From the NCBI RefSeq assembly GCF_009914755.1, contig NC_060931.1: DNA of 64,000 bases. One strand, given 5' to 3'. The position numbers and the translations under genes are program-made. The stretch is from the human T2T-CHM13v2.0 reference genome, Homo sapiens. Of the stretch, positions 25,401 to 38,131 are shown in pieces (position 1 is the stretch's first letter; every line of letters begins with the position of its first letter). The notes beneath the pieces were generated by a model. That model saw only the letters and a list, made by a program, of their open reading frames with translations, did no database searches and was not told the origin of the DNA.

Positions 25401-25859
25401 GTCTCTTATTTCTTTGCTAAAACATAATCAGTATTTTTCCCAAACAGTTTAAGATCCCCCATCTCTGTTGTAGTTTGAATAATGTGCAACACAAAATAAT
25501 AAATAATGCAATATTACCATTGGTATTACATATTTTTTGTAATATAAATCTGTCATTTTGTAGATAATTATATTGAAATATAGTAAATGAATATTTAACC
25601 ACTGTAAATGTCCTATTTGTATTTTGACACATTTCTCTGATAAGAAAGCAATGATTTAAATATTACTTTTTATTTTTTTAAGTGCCCATGCTGTCTTTGT
25701 CCTAACTGATATTAATTCATTTGCAATATTATCCAAATACCTTTTGTTTCACCTTAGTGGCAAGTCATTATATTCTATCATATTTACTTAAATTTAGTGA
25801 CATGTTTCACAGATATAGACTTGTAAGTGAGATTCTTCAAGTGGGTAGTTCTTTTTCTT

Positions 25860-26300
25860 CAGAGAATCACAGGATCTTGAAATTAAAAGTTTCCTTGGAG
25901 AAAACTTTTCCCTGTTCAATCTTCTACCCATTTAAAGTTTCTCTTTCTACTGTATTTTCTACATTTATATGGCCTTCTATGAACTTTTCAAAGATTCTGT
26001 GTAATTGGAATTTTAAGGCAACCCATTTCTTTGCAGCACAGCTCAAATTTTTATCAAGTTTTAAAAAATTGAGCTGAAATGTACACCTTCTACATTACCC
26101 ATTTATTCAAATTAGGTATTAAGAGGTTAAACTGAAATTGTTTTCATTTTCACATCCTTTCCAGGGTGATACTTGGAGAAAACTATTATGTTCCTCCTTA
26201 GGCTTTTTTTGCTGGGGTTATCTTCCCTAAGTCATTCAAACTTTTGTTGTATAATGTGATTTCTTGACCTCCTTATTGCCTTAATTTCAAGTCCTCTGAA
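25860..26300. mobile_element. Ancient MIR3/L3(CR1)-like fragment
   Basis: agaatcacaggatcttgaaattaaaag start and CR1-like downstream text; highly diverged. Confidence 0.35.
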
Positions 26301-28194
26301 GCTGATCTGACTGGAAGAGAGTACATTGGAATCATGACCTACCATGACACCAACTCTGTATCTCTGAGTAGATTCTAAGTGCATTGACTCGTATGGGTCA
26401 TGTGGTAAAATATCAGGTCTTTTACTTTTATTTGAAATGCTATAAAACCTTTCTGTTCTCTCCTTTCTTTATACTGTTGATTCATAGTTGAGAATAAACT
26501 CTACCATATTTTTAAGAAATTCTTGTAAATTTCATTCCATGAACTAATAAAAATGTATTGTTTGTGTGCTACCTAGCTACATGGCTCAAATGTCTCCATT
26601 AGTCTGTTTAATTGGATTACAAAAATTAAACAGAATACACAATGGACAATATTCTTCTGGAAAAGCTATAAAGGAAACTTCATGAGTGGAAGTGTTTGTC
26701 CAGATCATTGTACCTGAAAGCATTTGCCCAGTGCAACCAGACATTTAAAACCCAGAAGGGAAGGAGAAGAGAAGGAAGACTCTATAACAAATTCTAATTG
26801 AATTGTTCTGGCACCCATGTGCTGTTCTGGTTCTGCTTGACCAGAGGCTGAGGATAATTCAGCTTTCTGATGATTTTTCCCTTCACTTTCCAGGAGGCTC
26901 ATTATTGATGAAGCCTATTAAGACAACTGGGATGGACAGAGGAAAAGGGTCAGACACATATGGCTTTCCTGTTTCTTTTCGTTTGACCAGATTCATTTGA
27001 AAGGATGAAATGCAATCATCATTATTATCATCGTTATCACAGAAGCTCTCACTTAATGAGTAATTACCCTGAGTCTGCACCATACTCAGCTCTGCTTAAC
27101 ATATATTGTCTTTGATTATATATTAATCTACAACGTTTTACCTTTATTTTACAGTGAAAAAAATGTGACTCAGAAATGATTGATGTTAGTTCTGTCTCCC
27201 AAACATGTGCATTATCTGTAGAAGCACATAGGGTCAACAATTATTTATATTTGTCAAATAATTAGTAGTTGTAATGTCAACTGTGAGTCTAGATGTAGAA
27301 ATGCTGTTTAAAAAAGCTTGGTTCAAAGTATGTTACAACCAGCAATGACAAAACTAAATTCTCTGCTCTTGAAGTATATTTAGAGACCACCATAACATTC
27401 TACTCTTGCATTCGTTTGTGATTTGCAAAGTTTAAGATTTCTAATTGAAGTCACTCAACATAAAAAAGCAATTCTCAATACAACCATTCTAAAATAATTT
27501 AGTGAAAAGGTGGGTAGATCATGGAGGCTTGTTTATTTCATCTTAGTACAGAAGGAAATAATCCTCTAAGATGTTTTGGATGTTTGAAGTTGTCCAAGCA
27601 TCATTGAAATAATACATGACTGGTTAAAATATACATTCATTATAGCAGAAAGGACTGATTATGTTACTACTTTAGAAATTGAGTTTATATTGAATACAAA
27701 CAGTTGTAGACTCTTACCTGGATTGCTTATTGGTCATGTCAGCAATAACGAATATATTTATCGAGTATGAAATTCATTTCAGCTTACCCTTGTTAAATGG
27801 CTAAACACTATTTTTAACAACTGTAATCATTTTTCTCCTATAATTAATTGTATTTATTATATTATCTCATTTATAAAATCACTAGATCTGATTAATGCCG
27901 TATAATATAAAAAGTTATGATTATGAAATACATTTACATATTTATAAAGACATTTTTATCTAACTGAAAGTTTAGAGAGAACATACATATAGGTTCTACC
28001 AAGCACCTTAGAATGGTTTCAGAATTTACTGAACATTAATTAGGTCTTGATTAAAAACCATTCCTACAATGAAAGAATTTTTAAAAATCATTAATGTGAC
28101 ATAGATTTGAAGAAACATATTCTTATTAGCCAAACACTTATTCATCTTATTGTATGTTTACCTTGTTTATGTTTCATCTATCTATATAAAGATA

Positions 28195-28270
28195 TGTACA
28201 TACACACATATACATATATACACATGTATATACATACACACATATGTACACATACATATGTGTGTATGCC
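28195..28270. repeat. (TA/CA)n low-complexity microsatellite
   Basis: Direct inspection. Confidence 0.85.
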
Positions 28271-28614
28271 AGTAAAATATGTTTGCAATGTATCTTTAAT
28301 TATCTTTTACTCTTGCCTAGGTTAGAAACTCTTGAAGGTCAGGACGTGTATCTAACTTCATTTGTTCTGATACTCTGGGCATTGAATACATTTTTTTGCT
28401 GAGTTTTATGTTGGTTTTGATGAAAATACACAGTATTTTATTTATAAAGGGGAATTATCTTGACTTGTAGATAATGATTTTCAATATGTAGCAGTAAGAA
28501 TTCGTATTGATGCCAGGGAAGCAAATTCAATAAAACACCAGTTTAGTTCAGCTTTGGCTGCAAGATTATTGTAATGTTCTGTTTCAGTAGTTATTAGAAA
28601 ATATCAAGATCTCT

Positions 28615-28729
28615 TCTTTCATTTATTCAGCAAATATTTGAGTGCCTACACTGGGCCATGTTCTTTCTAAGTGTTAATGATACAACGATTAATGAGGCAT
28701 ATTTTCTGCCCTGAAAAAATATGTCATAG

Positions 28730-28773
<44 letters not shown>

Positions 28774-29030
28774 ACACACACACACAAACACACCCACACA
28801 CATTCTACATTACAGTGCAAAGAGTAAGGTAATAAAACTTATGTCAGGAAATTATGGTGCTTGGGGAGGGAAACCAAATCTCGTGAGGAGTTTCACAGAA
28901 GGCTTGCTAATGGTAGATTCTGAATGAAGCATTTGAGGTTGAATATGAGCTATCAAGAGGAATGGGAATAAAGAGTGGGAAGAATATTCCAGATTGAGAG
29001 AATGGCAAATCAAAGGGATAAGGAGAATAT
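28615..29030 (-). mobile_element. L2 fragment interrupted by (CA)n at 28734-28803
   Basis: ttcatttattcagcaaatatttgagtgcctac is the L2 3' end; a CA repeat lies inside. Confidence 0.65.
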
Positions 29031-29049
29031 TTTTAGCCATAATATACAA

Positions 29050-29270
29050 ATACCTGTTATTATGTGTTAATTTACTAGTAATTCTACTAAGATTTTTACC
29101 TGGATCCTCTAATTTATGCCTTACAGAAACTTTATGAATTAAGTGAAATTTTTCTCACTATTTTGCAGATGAGATAATGCAAACTCGAGGTGCAAGTGTA
29201 GGGGAAGCTGAGATTCAAATGCAGTCAGTCTGACCCCAGAATCCCTGCTGTTAAACACCCCTCTATCTAC
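29050..29270 (-). mobile_element. MIR
   Basis: attttgcagatgaga..ctgagattcaaatgcagtcagtctgaccccaga. Confidence 0.65.
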
Positions 29271-30389
29271 AGTCTTACCATCTTGGGTTGGGACATTCCA
29301 AAATTCAGTCACTATTAATTATTTCCCAAGGAATAATTCACAAACAATTGGACTGGAGTCCCACAACAAAGGTACATGGGAATATTTGAGGTAAACACTG
29401 AATACTCAAGTATAATCTACAAAAATGTGAACACTTTCTAATGTATAGTATTACATATTTAAATATGTTTTTCACATATTGAAAAGTTTGGCATATCTCT
29501 TTCTACTGCTGGGAAACTTATATATAGTCATTCAGTCTCCTTTTGGCAGGGTCAGGATTTCAGTTATGTGTGATATGTAAAAATTTTAAGTGTTGTATTT
29601 CGGGTTGACATTTCTTCCAACTTTGGAAAGCTATGTTTTACATATCATGCTTTTCCAACTGGAGTGTTTGAGGTTATACTTCTAATTGTGACTTTTGTCC
29701 TACAAAATTTCACAAAGTTTCTAAGTACTGGATCTCATTAAGTTTAATTCCTAGGACCATGGAGAGAGGAAATACCTATTTCAATTTAATCTCTCAAAAA
29801 TGAATTTTCTATTTCAATTAATTCTCCTGAGAAAGACTTAGTTCTAATAATTAGCTTCACATTATATTACATTTTTATAAACCAGAATTCAATATGTGCC
29901 AATAGTATGATCATATGGGAATGGTAATTGTTTACTTAAGAAAGCCTTTTTAGTTCATAGTAAAATGGTCTAATAATGAATTCTTTATAGTCATTCTCAT
30001 TCTCTGAGTGGTACTCATTACAGCAATTGGAAAGATCACTTTAAATGCAGTACTGTATTATACATAGTTGCTAAGAGAACCAGTTTTCCAATATTTAGAG
30101 AAATTAAGCATCAGGCATTTGAAATAGTCATTGGATATGTTGGCTAGGGTAGAATAAAACACAGCCAGATCTGTAATTAAGATATCAATTTAAAAATCAA
30201 AGAATAAACAATTAGAATGCTGAAAACACTATGCTTCTTATCCATTTAGCAATTATTTTCTAAGAATTTTTAAGCAATGTTTTTTTAAGAATTGTAGCTT
30301 TGACATGAAAAGGAGGCATGATAAACACAACTCTTTTTATTAGCTAAAGCTTTAATTTGACATATTTTTATGATATTGCTTTAAATCTG

Positions 30390-30990
30390 TTTTTATTTTG
30401 TTGTTTATTTGTATAATTTTATAGGTACAAGTGTGATTTTGTTACACGGATATATTGGGTAGCAATGAAATCTGGGCACTTATATGTATCCATTACCCAC
30501 ATCACGTACATTGTATCTATTAAATGATTTATTATTATTCACTTCCCCCCCAGCTCTTCCAAATGTCTATCCATCTGTCCAAATGTCTGTCCAATGAGAT
30601 AGACATCTCTAATGTCTATCATGCCACTCTCTATGTCCACATGTACACATTACTTAGTTCCCACATATAAGTGAGAACATTGGTATTTGTCTTTCTGTGT
30701 CTGAGTTGTTTTATTTAAAATAATGACCTCCACTTACATCTATGTTGTTGCAGAAGACATCATTTCATTCTTTTTATGGCTGAATAGTATTTCATTGTGT
30801 ACCTATACCACATTTTCTGTATGTGATCCATCAATGAACACTTAGGTTGATTTCATATCTTTGTTTTGGTGAATAGCGCCACAGTTAATACAAGAGTGCA
30901 GATATCTTGTTGATACAATGACCTATTTTTCCTCTGAGCAGATACCCAGAGTGGGATTGCTAGATGGAATGGCAGTTTTATTTTTAGATT
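30390..30990 (-). mobile_element. L1PB4-like 3' end, antisense
   Basis: ggtacaagtgtgattttgttacacgg..., cccacatataagtgagaacat, tttatggctgaatagtatt. Confidence 0.85.
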
Positions 30991-31280
30991 ATTTAAAAAT
31001 AATTTCTCTGCATCATTATTATTTTTCAGAAACTTAAGTTTTAAACATTTCTACTCATATAAACTTCTGTTATATTTAACTTGTTAAATGCACTTCTGTT
31101 CACAAATGGCTGTGATTTCTCATGAATTTTCAAGCCTCTTGTGCTCTAATTGAAATATTTTGGAGAACTGTTTTGGATTTTATGTTTGTTCTGTTGAGTA
31201 AAAGTCATTGTAAATAATATTAACTTTGCATTTTTAAATTAGTACTCTTTCAAACTGTGTTAATGCCTGAAAATTTAGTT

Positions 31281-31490
31281 TAGCACTGTCCAGTAGAACT
31301 TTCTGTGATGATGGAAATGGTCTACATTTGTTCAGTTCAGTACAGTAGCCACTAAATACATGTGGCTATTCAACATCTGGAATGTGGCTAGGGTGATTGA
31401 GGAATTGAATTTGTAATATTGTTTAATATTACTTATCTTAATTTAAATGGTTCTATGTGGCTAATAGCTGCTATGTTGGATAGATCCACT
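31281..31490. mobile_element. MER3 (hAT-Charlie)
   Basis: agcactgtccagtagaactttctgtgatgatggaaatg...gtggcta...ttggatag. Confidence 0.8.
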
Positions 31491-32199
31491 CTTGTTACTA
31501 CATCTTAACAGAGTGACTAGTTAAGTTTTGTATTTCTAAAGATGCATAATTGAGATATTAACTTACACAGACATACACATCAAAAAAGAGTCTCTCTACA
31601 CACGGGTATTACAGACTTCTCTAGGGCGCATCCTCTCCTTAGCTAATTTTATGGTAAACAGTCACCAAAAGGGGAACTCATTTAGCTGGAACATCCCAGT
31701 TATGTTACTGTGTTATGATGGTATTGAAAACTATAGTAGATTTTCACATTGAGAAGAACCAGAAATGTGAACTATACCAGTCTAGTGACTAAAATTTTTG
31801 ACCAACTGTACTTTTCAGTCCAGGTGTTTGGTGATTGATGTGTTCATGATTTTAAATTGAATATCAGTGTTATTTGGATGATGGATGATTGGAAGTGCTT
31901 CTTTATGCAGCCATACATTTCTGGTGTTCCTGCTAATAATCTCTAAAAATAAGTGTTGAGAACCAGTCACAAAAAGTTTTCTATGATAAGAACATTGATT
32001 TAAACATTTATTTTAGTGTCTTCTTAACTGAATTCAAAACAATAGATGTTAGACCAAAGTAAGAAATGTTGCCGTCAAAGCCTAATCTTGGAAAAACTAC
32101 ACAGAGAATTAAAATCCATTTTTCTTCTACTCATGCAAATTAGTAATATTTGAGCACTACTATTAGAAAGTGTAGCGAAGTCTTACGCTTTACCTGTTA

Positions 32200-32558
<359 letters not shown>

Positions 32559-32864
32559 TCACTGCTTAATAGTAAAGTATATCATTTAGTCTTGCTTGTT
32601 ATTATTATTTTCTTACTACCACTTTTTACTGTCTGGTAAAAGAAATAAGTAGACAGATGCCATTCACTAACATAAATGAGTCACGATCAGTGAGTTAACA
32701 GTTTAATAGGAAGTGAGACTTATTGTTACCAGATTTTCACCATTCTTTTGTGTGAGTGTGTGTGTGTGTGGTATGACTTGTGTGTGAAAGTTCTCCTGGA
32801 TGTCTAAAGTTTTCACTACCTTGTTCTTTTAATAATAGTCGCTCATTTCCAAGCATAACATCTA

Positions 32865-33230
32865 TATAGTTTAGAGTTAGGTTCAGCTATGAGTAATAGA
32901 AAACCTAAAACTAAAAATTATTTAAACAAGAGACATTTCTTTATTTCTCAAATAAAATTGATATTCTAGAGCTGCTTTGGTTATTTCTTCATCAGAGACA
33001 GAGGCTTCTTTCATCAAGTTCTCTGCCAAATGAAACATGATTTTCACCTTATGATCAAGGTGGCTAATCGAGCTCCACATATAACATCTGCGTTCCACAG
33101 AGTAGAAAGAAGAAAGGAAAAGAGGCAAAGTCCTGTGATACTTGTCATTGAAAAGATTTCTTGGTAGTTTCCACATAAAATTATTTTTTTCCAAGCCTGA
33201 ATATAGCCAGGCCTACTTGCAAAGTGGCTG
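32865..33230 (-). mobile_element. MaLR LTR (MLT1K/L-like)
   Basis: gttaggttcagctatgagtaatagaaaacc..aaggtggct..gctccacatataacatctgcgttcca. Confidence 0.6.
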
Positions 33231-34141
33231 ATCCAGAGGTTTTTGACAGAAAATATGAAGTATTAAGTTCCCAATAGTAAGGTTTTCTTTGAAGAGTAAT
33301 GTTGAAATAGAATGACTTTTCTGCCTTGTTGTAGAAATAGATGATTATTTTGGCATATATTATTACTATTTATAGTATATATAGCCAGAGCTCTGCCAAT
33401 AAACATGAAGAAATTTTTAAGGATATGTCCTAGGTTTTAGCAAAGTTAACTTTAAGGAAGAACTATTGCAAAAGAGGTTGGTGACATTGAGTGGGACAAT
33501 GACACCAGGCTGTATAAAATACCTGGTAAGGGACACAATTTTTTCAGAACAGTTTGGAAGAGATTCACTCCATTAGATTGACTTAATTTGGAATTGACCA
33601 ATTCATATTAGTGAGATATTATAATTTTATGCTTCCACTGTGTTGTGTCCAGAAAATACAGGTGTTCAGGGGAAGTCAAAACCCTAGATGAACTCTTTGC
33701 AGCAAATACATGAAGGAACTAACTAGTATGTCCATAGGAATGGATTATACATTTATATTAATATCTTTAAGCTCTGGATTTGCATTCTGATTGCTGTCTT
33801 GGCAGAAAACCTTAGAAAATAAAGAGCATTTTGATTCCTATTTTAAGAATACTGGTGTATATTGTTTTCATTTCAAAATTATCTGAAGCATATTGTTTGT
33901 GTTTAAAATATATAGTGAACATGGATATTATTCAGAGGAAAAAACACTGAGTAGTGAACAGATCTAAAATTATATTCTTGATTAAGTTATTTTTATAGCG
34001 ATTGATGCATTATAAAATATTCTCATTAATCTAACAAAATGTAAAGTAACTGTAATTAGAGTGAAAGTTTTTATGATCATCTAGACACTTAACATCTCTT
34101 CTCTTCCATATTCTCCATCTTCCCTAAGATTCTGATTTTTA

Positions 34142-34401
34142 TAGGCCAACTTTGCCCTAAGACACACTAGGCACAGTGTCTGTGGCCCGTATTACTTTTA
34201 AAGGATTCATGAAAATAGTTTTCTTACATTTAAAACAAGAAGGAAAAACTGAACTTTTAGGTCAAGAAATTATTATTTAGTATTAATATGCTCATTTTTG
34301 CCCCAATACAGTTGTAAAGTATGATTTTTAATTGCTTAAGGGGGAAAGGGGCCCACAAAGGTAAAAGTCCTCAGGGCTTCAAAAGTTATAATGCAAAGTT
34401 G
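34142..34401. mobile_element. hAT-Tip100 non-autonomous element (ORSL-like)
   Basis: Ends ggccaactttgccc..taggcacagtg..ggccc and ggggcccacaaagg..aaaagt..agggc..ataatgc. Confidence 0.5.
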
Positions 34402-35628
34402 TAATACACACCTGGACAGCCAAATAAGAATCTGTAGAAATATCTCCATTTTTCTTGATGAATTATATACAACAATAAAACAATAACAAATAACAAATAA
34501 TAACTAAAATGTCTATAATATTACCTATGGGCCAAATGTTGTTTTAAATGTTCTACAAAAATTATCTAATTCAATTGCTACAACAAGATTCTGAGGTAGG
34601 TAATATTACTATAGTTATCTTCATTTTACATAGTCTATGCCACTCTTTCACTTCTAGGCAAGATCATGGGAAATCTGCTTAGCAGATATTAGCATCTGCT
34701 TTTGAGCAATAAACATACATATTCTGTAACCACTGGCATTTTCCCCTCAGTAAACAAATGAAGTAGAATTTGTTATCAGGTAAATGTCGAATTTCTCCTG
34801 CCATATTTCTCAAAGTTATGTTTTTGATAAGTCGCCATCTAAAATCTTTAACAGGCCTTAAAGGTTTGCAGGGTTTTTTTTTCAGTCTTAATAAAATGCT
34901 AGATTCCTGCAGATTTATTTAATTCTGGAATTGCATACTTTTTTATAAATAAATACTATGAATATTGCCACATTGTTGGGCCTGGTTGCATGGCAGCCTA
35001 GTTTCTTTTGAGGAATAATATATTGTAACTTCCACAAAATATACGAAAATTTTATTATTTCAATGATATTTGAACTTTTTCAACTTAAGAATTGTGCTTG
35101 AGTTGTGAGCTTAAAGGAGGCATTTGTGTGAGCTAAGATTCAAACAGAAAATATAAGTTAAATCTTCCTTAAAATAATTAACAAGAATGAAAAAATACTT
35201 TTCCTGACATCGTTTTGTGCATCACCCCTATAATACCTTCCTAAGAGAACATAGAGAATTGAAAGAGGTAACCATATGATAACTTTTTTCCAAAATGCGT
35301 GTTTTCTGGAATCATATGTATGATTTCAATATCCCTGCATTATATGTTTCATTTCTATATTTTTAGTTTACTTGTTAGAAAATGGAACACCAAGCTACAG
35401 ACACATTAATATTTTAACATGTTACTGTGAGATCCTATCATCTACATTATATATTTACATGTACATCATATGATATAAAGATCTTTACCTAGTTAATTCA
35501 TCCACAATAATCAATATCAGTAGTGAAGACTCCCTAAAAGTTCAAACCAGTTATGTAATTACTTATCTAGTTACATTATTACTTTTATAGAATAAGTGAA
35601 TTATTTGCATGAACTATGCACTTTAAGA

Positions 35629-35946
35629 TTTTTTGTTTGTTTGTTGTTGTTGTTTGAGACAGTCTCACTCTTTTGCCCAGGCTGGAGTGCAGTGTTGTGA
35701 TCTCAGCTCACTGCAACGTACGCCTCTGAGGCTCAGGCGATCCTTGGACCTCAGCCTTCCAAATACTGGAGACTAGCGGTGTGCACCACCAGGCCTGGCT
35801 AATTTCTTTGTATTTTTTGACGGGGACGGGGAGGTGGTAGTTTGCCATGTTGCCCACACTAGCCTCAAACTCTTGAGCTAAAGCCATCCTCCTGCCTTGG
35901 CCTCCCAGAGTGCTGCGATTACAGGCATAAGCCACTGTGCCTGGCC
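35629..35946 (-). mobile_element. AluJ
   Basis: Antisense dimer with a (TTG)n tail and J-type features (gggctcaggcgatcc, tttgccatgttgccc). Confidence 0.9.
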
Positions 35947-36224
35947 AGTATTATTAAATAACACATTAAACACACTATTAAAAGGGTGTCTGAACGATGT
36001 TTTATATATGGTTAAAATGTTGGAATTTAAAAGAGTGATATACAAACAACTTATTTATTTCATTTGTGTCACAATATAAAATTCTTCTTGTTAGGACTTG
36101 TGTACAAACTGTATTTAAAAACATATTTCTGAAAGAGGAATTTTTCAGTGGTCTTATCTGGACTACCTTTCAACCTGTACCTATCTTAGGACCAAAGCCA
36201 GATTTTCAGAATGAATCACTAATT

Positions 36225-36420
36225 CAGTGAACTTGAGTAGATTTTAGAGATTACCTGTCTAATGCTCTCATTTTATATATGGACAAAATGAAATATATAA
36301 ATGTGAAATGATCTCTACAAGGTCACACAACATTTAGAGACAGAGATGGAACTAAAAGCAAAATATTAGAACCTCAGTTTCATCCCTATCCTTTACACTT
36401 CACTTTGTTACCTGTACTAC
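36225..36420 (-). mobile_element. MIR
   Basis: ctcattttata..aaggtcacacaaca..agagatggaacta. Confidence 0.6.
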
Positions 36421-37814
36421 ATTATACAATTCGAAGTTCTATTGCTAATAAATTTTACTTTGTTTGGCAGACAGTTGTTATAAAAAAAAAGGTGAGAGAT
36501 GGATATTACAAGTCAAAATGACTAGAAAAACTGTCTTGTCAGTAACATTTCCATAGATTACAGAAAAGAAAGGTGAAATAATTACTTTATGAAGAGAGAC
36601 ACTGCAGAATTTGAGAAAGAGTAGATTATGAGTTTTGTTTCTAGAGATACACAACCAAAGTTACCTATAATTGTGAAAGTGGTCTGTGTCTACATATTAT
36701 GAAACAACAAATTGGCTATCTTTGGCCATAGAAGTACAGAAATGTATTTTCAGACAGAGCTATTATTTCTCTTTTTTGAAAGAAGAGATCTAAGAAGTTA
36801 AAGATAAAATCATTAAATACCTGTCTTTGAAAAACTGTATAGCATATATGCTTTCTCCTAAAGTATCATCTTAAATCATGTTTAGCCTCCAAAGTAATAT
36901 TTAGAAAATAAGTTAGTTTATCCTCAATATTCTGCCAAAGACAAAATTTTTACTTCAGCAGGATTTGGGGAAGTGCATTTCCCAACTTCATGCTCTCTTT
37001 GGACATTCCAACATTTAAAACTATTCTCAAGAATGTTCATCCAGAGCAGCAGAAGACAAATTAAATCTTTGCTCTCCTAATCATCCTTATGTGGGTGAAA
37101 GAGAGAATGTATCTCTCTACTCTCATTCTGAATGTGTATACATATCTTTCTTCTGTTTGTCAATGTATCCTTTAAAATAATGACAGCACAAGTGAATAAC
37201 AGGAAAATATTGAACTGACCAACAAAAAGCACAGTGGGATCTTTTTCCTTCTCTTCTGGCTGTGGGGAGTGTTAAATATCATAACACATGTACAACATTT
37301 AGCCACGTGACCAGCATAGAGTTAGTGCTCAATTACTGTTGTTATTAATTGTGCTTGCAATGGTGCCTTTAGTTGCATTATTGAAGCTTTTGACAGAGAG
37401 TGTCAAAAATTATTCTGAAACAACTAGACCAAATTATACTTGTACCAGCAATGAACGAGAATGCCTGTTAGTATGGTAGGATAAGATCTTCAGGGCCAAT
37501 CTGTCACTACCACATCAGCATAAATGTCACTGCTCCCCAGGGCTTTTGGATTTTGTTCTTTTTTAGCATGTCTTATATGTGAAGAAGTAGAGAGCACATC
37601 TATTTAATCATTGCAAACATATACCTAATAATGATTCTAACAAATATATAGGAAGGGGAAGTTCGGTATTTTGAAACTAAAGAATATACAGCACACAGAA
37701 TATGTAATGACCTTTGGAAAGATGGTTTCTGAGACAATTTTCTTAACAATGTAAAGACCAAACTGAATTACATAAGATTTTTCTTGGTGAGACTGCATAT
37801 TGATGGAGACCTAT

Positions 37815-38005
37815 AACACAATCCTCAATGTGTGGCCTCCATGCCGGCAGCATTGGCATCAATCACCTGGGAACTTGTTAGAAATGCTTACTAACATGCC
37901 CCACACCAGATAGACTGCATCAAAAATGGTGGGTGGGGCTCATCAATCTTCGTTTTAACGTGTACTCCAGCTTATTCTGATGCCAGTTAAGGTTAAAAAG
38001 CACTG
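37815..38005. mobile_element. MER5A
   Basis: ctcaatgtgtgg..gcagcattggcatc..acctgggaacttgttagaaatgc..ttctgatgc..agcactg. Confidence 0.75.
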
Positions 38006-38021
38006 AAATACAAATTAGCAA

Positions 38022-38131
38022 CTCTCTCTCTTTCTCCTTCCATATTTCTCTTCTTTCCTCTTTTTCACAATCTCTTTCTACATCTTTACTTCTCTCTCTA
38101 TTCCTCCCTTTCTGTTCCTCCTTTCTTCTTT
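38022..38131. repeat. CT-rich polypyrimidine tract
   Basis: About 110 bp composed almost entirely of C/T. Confidence 0.85.
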
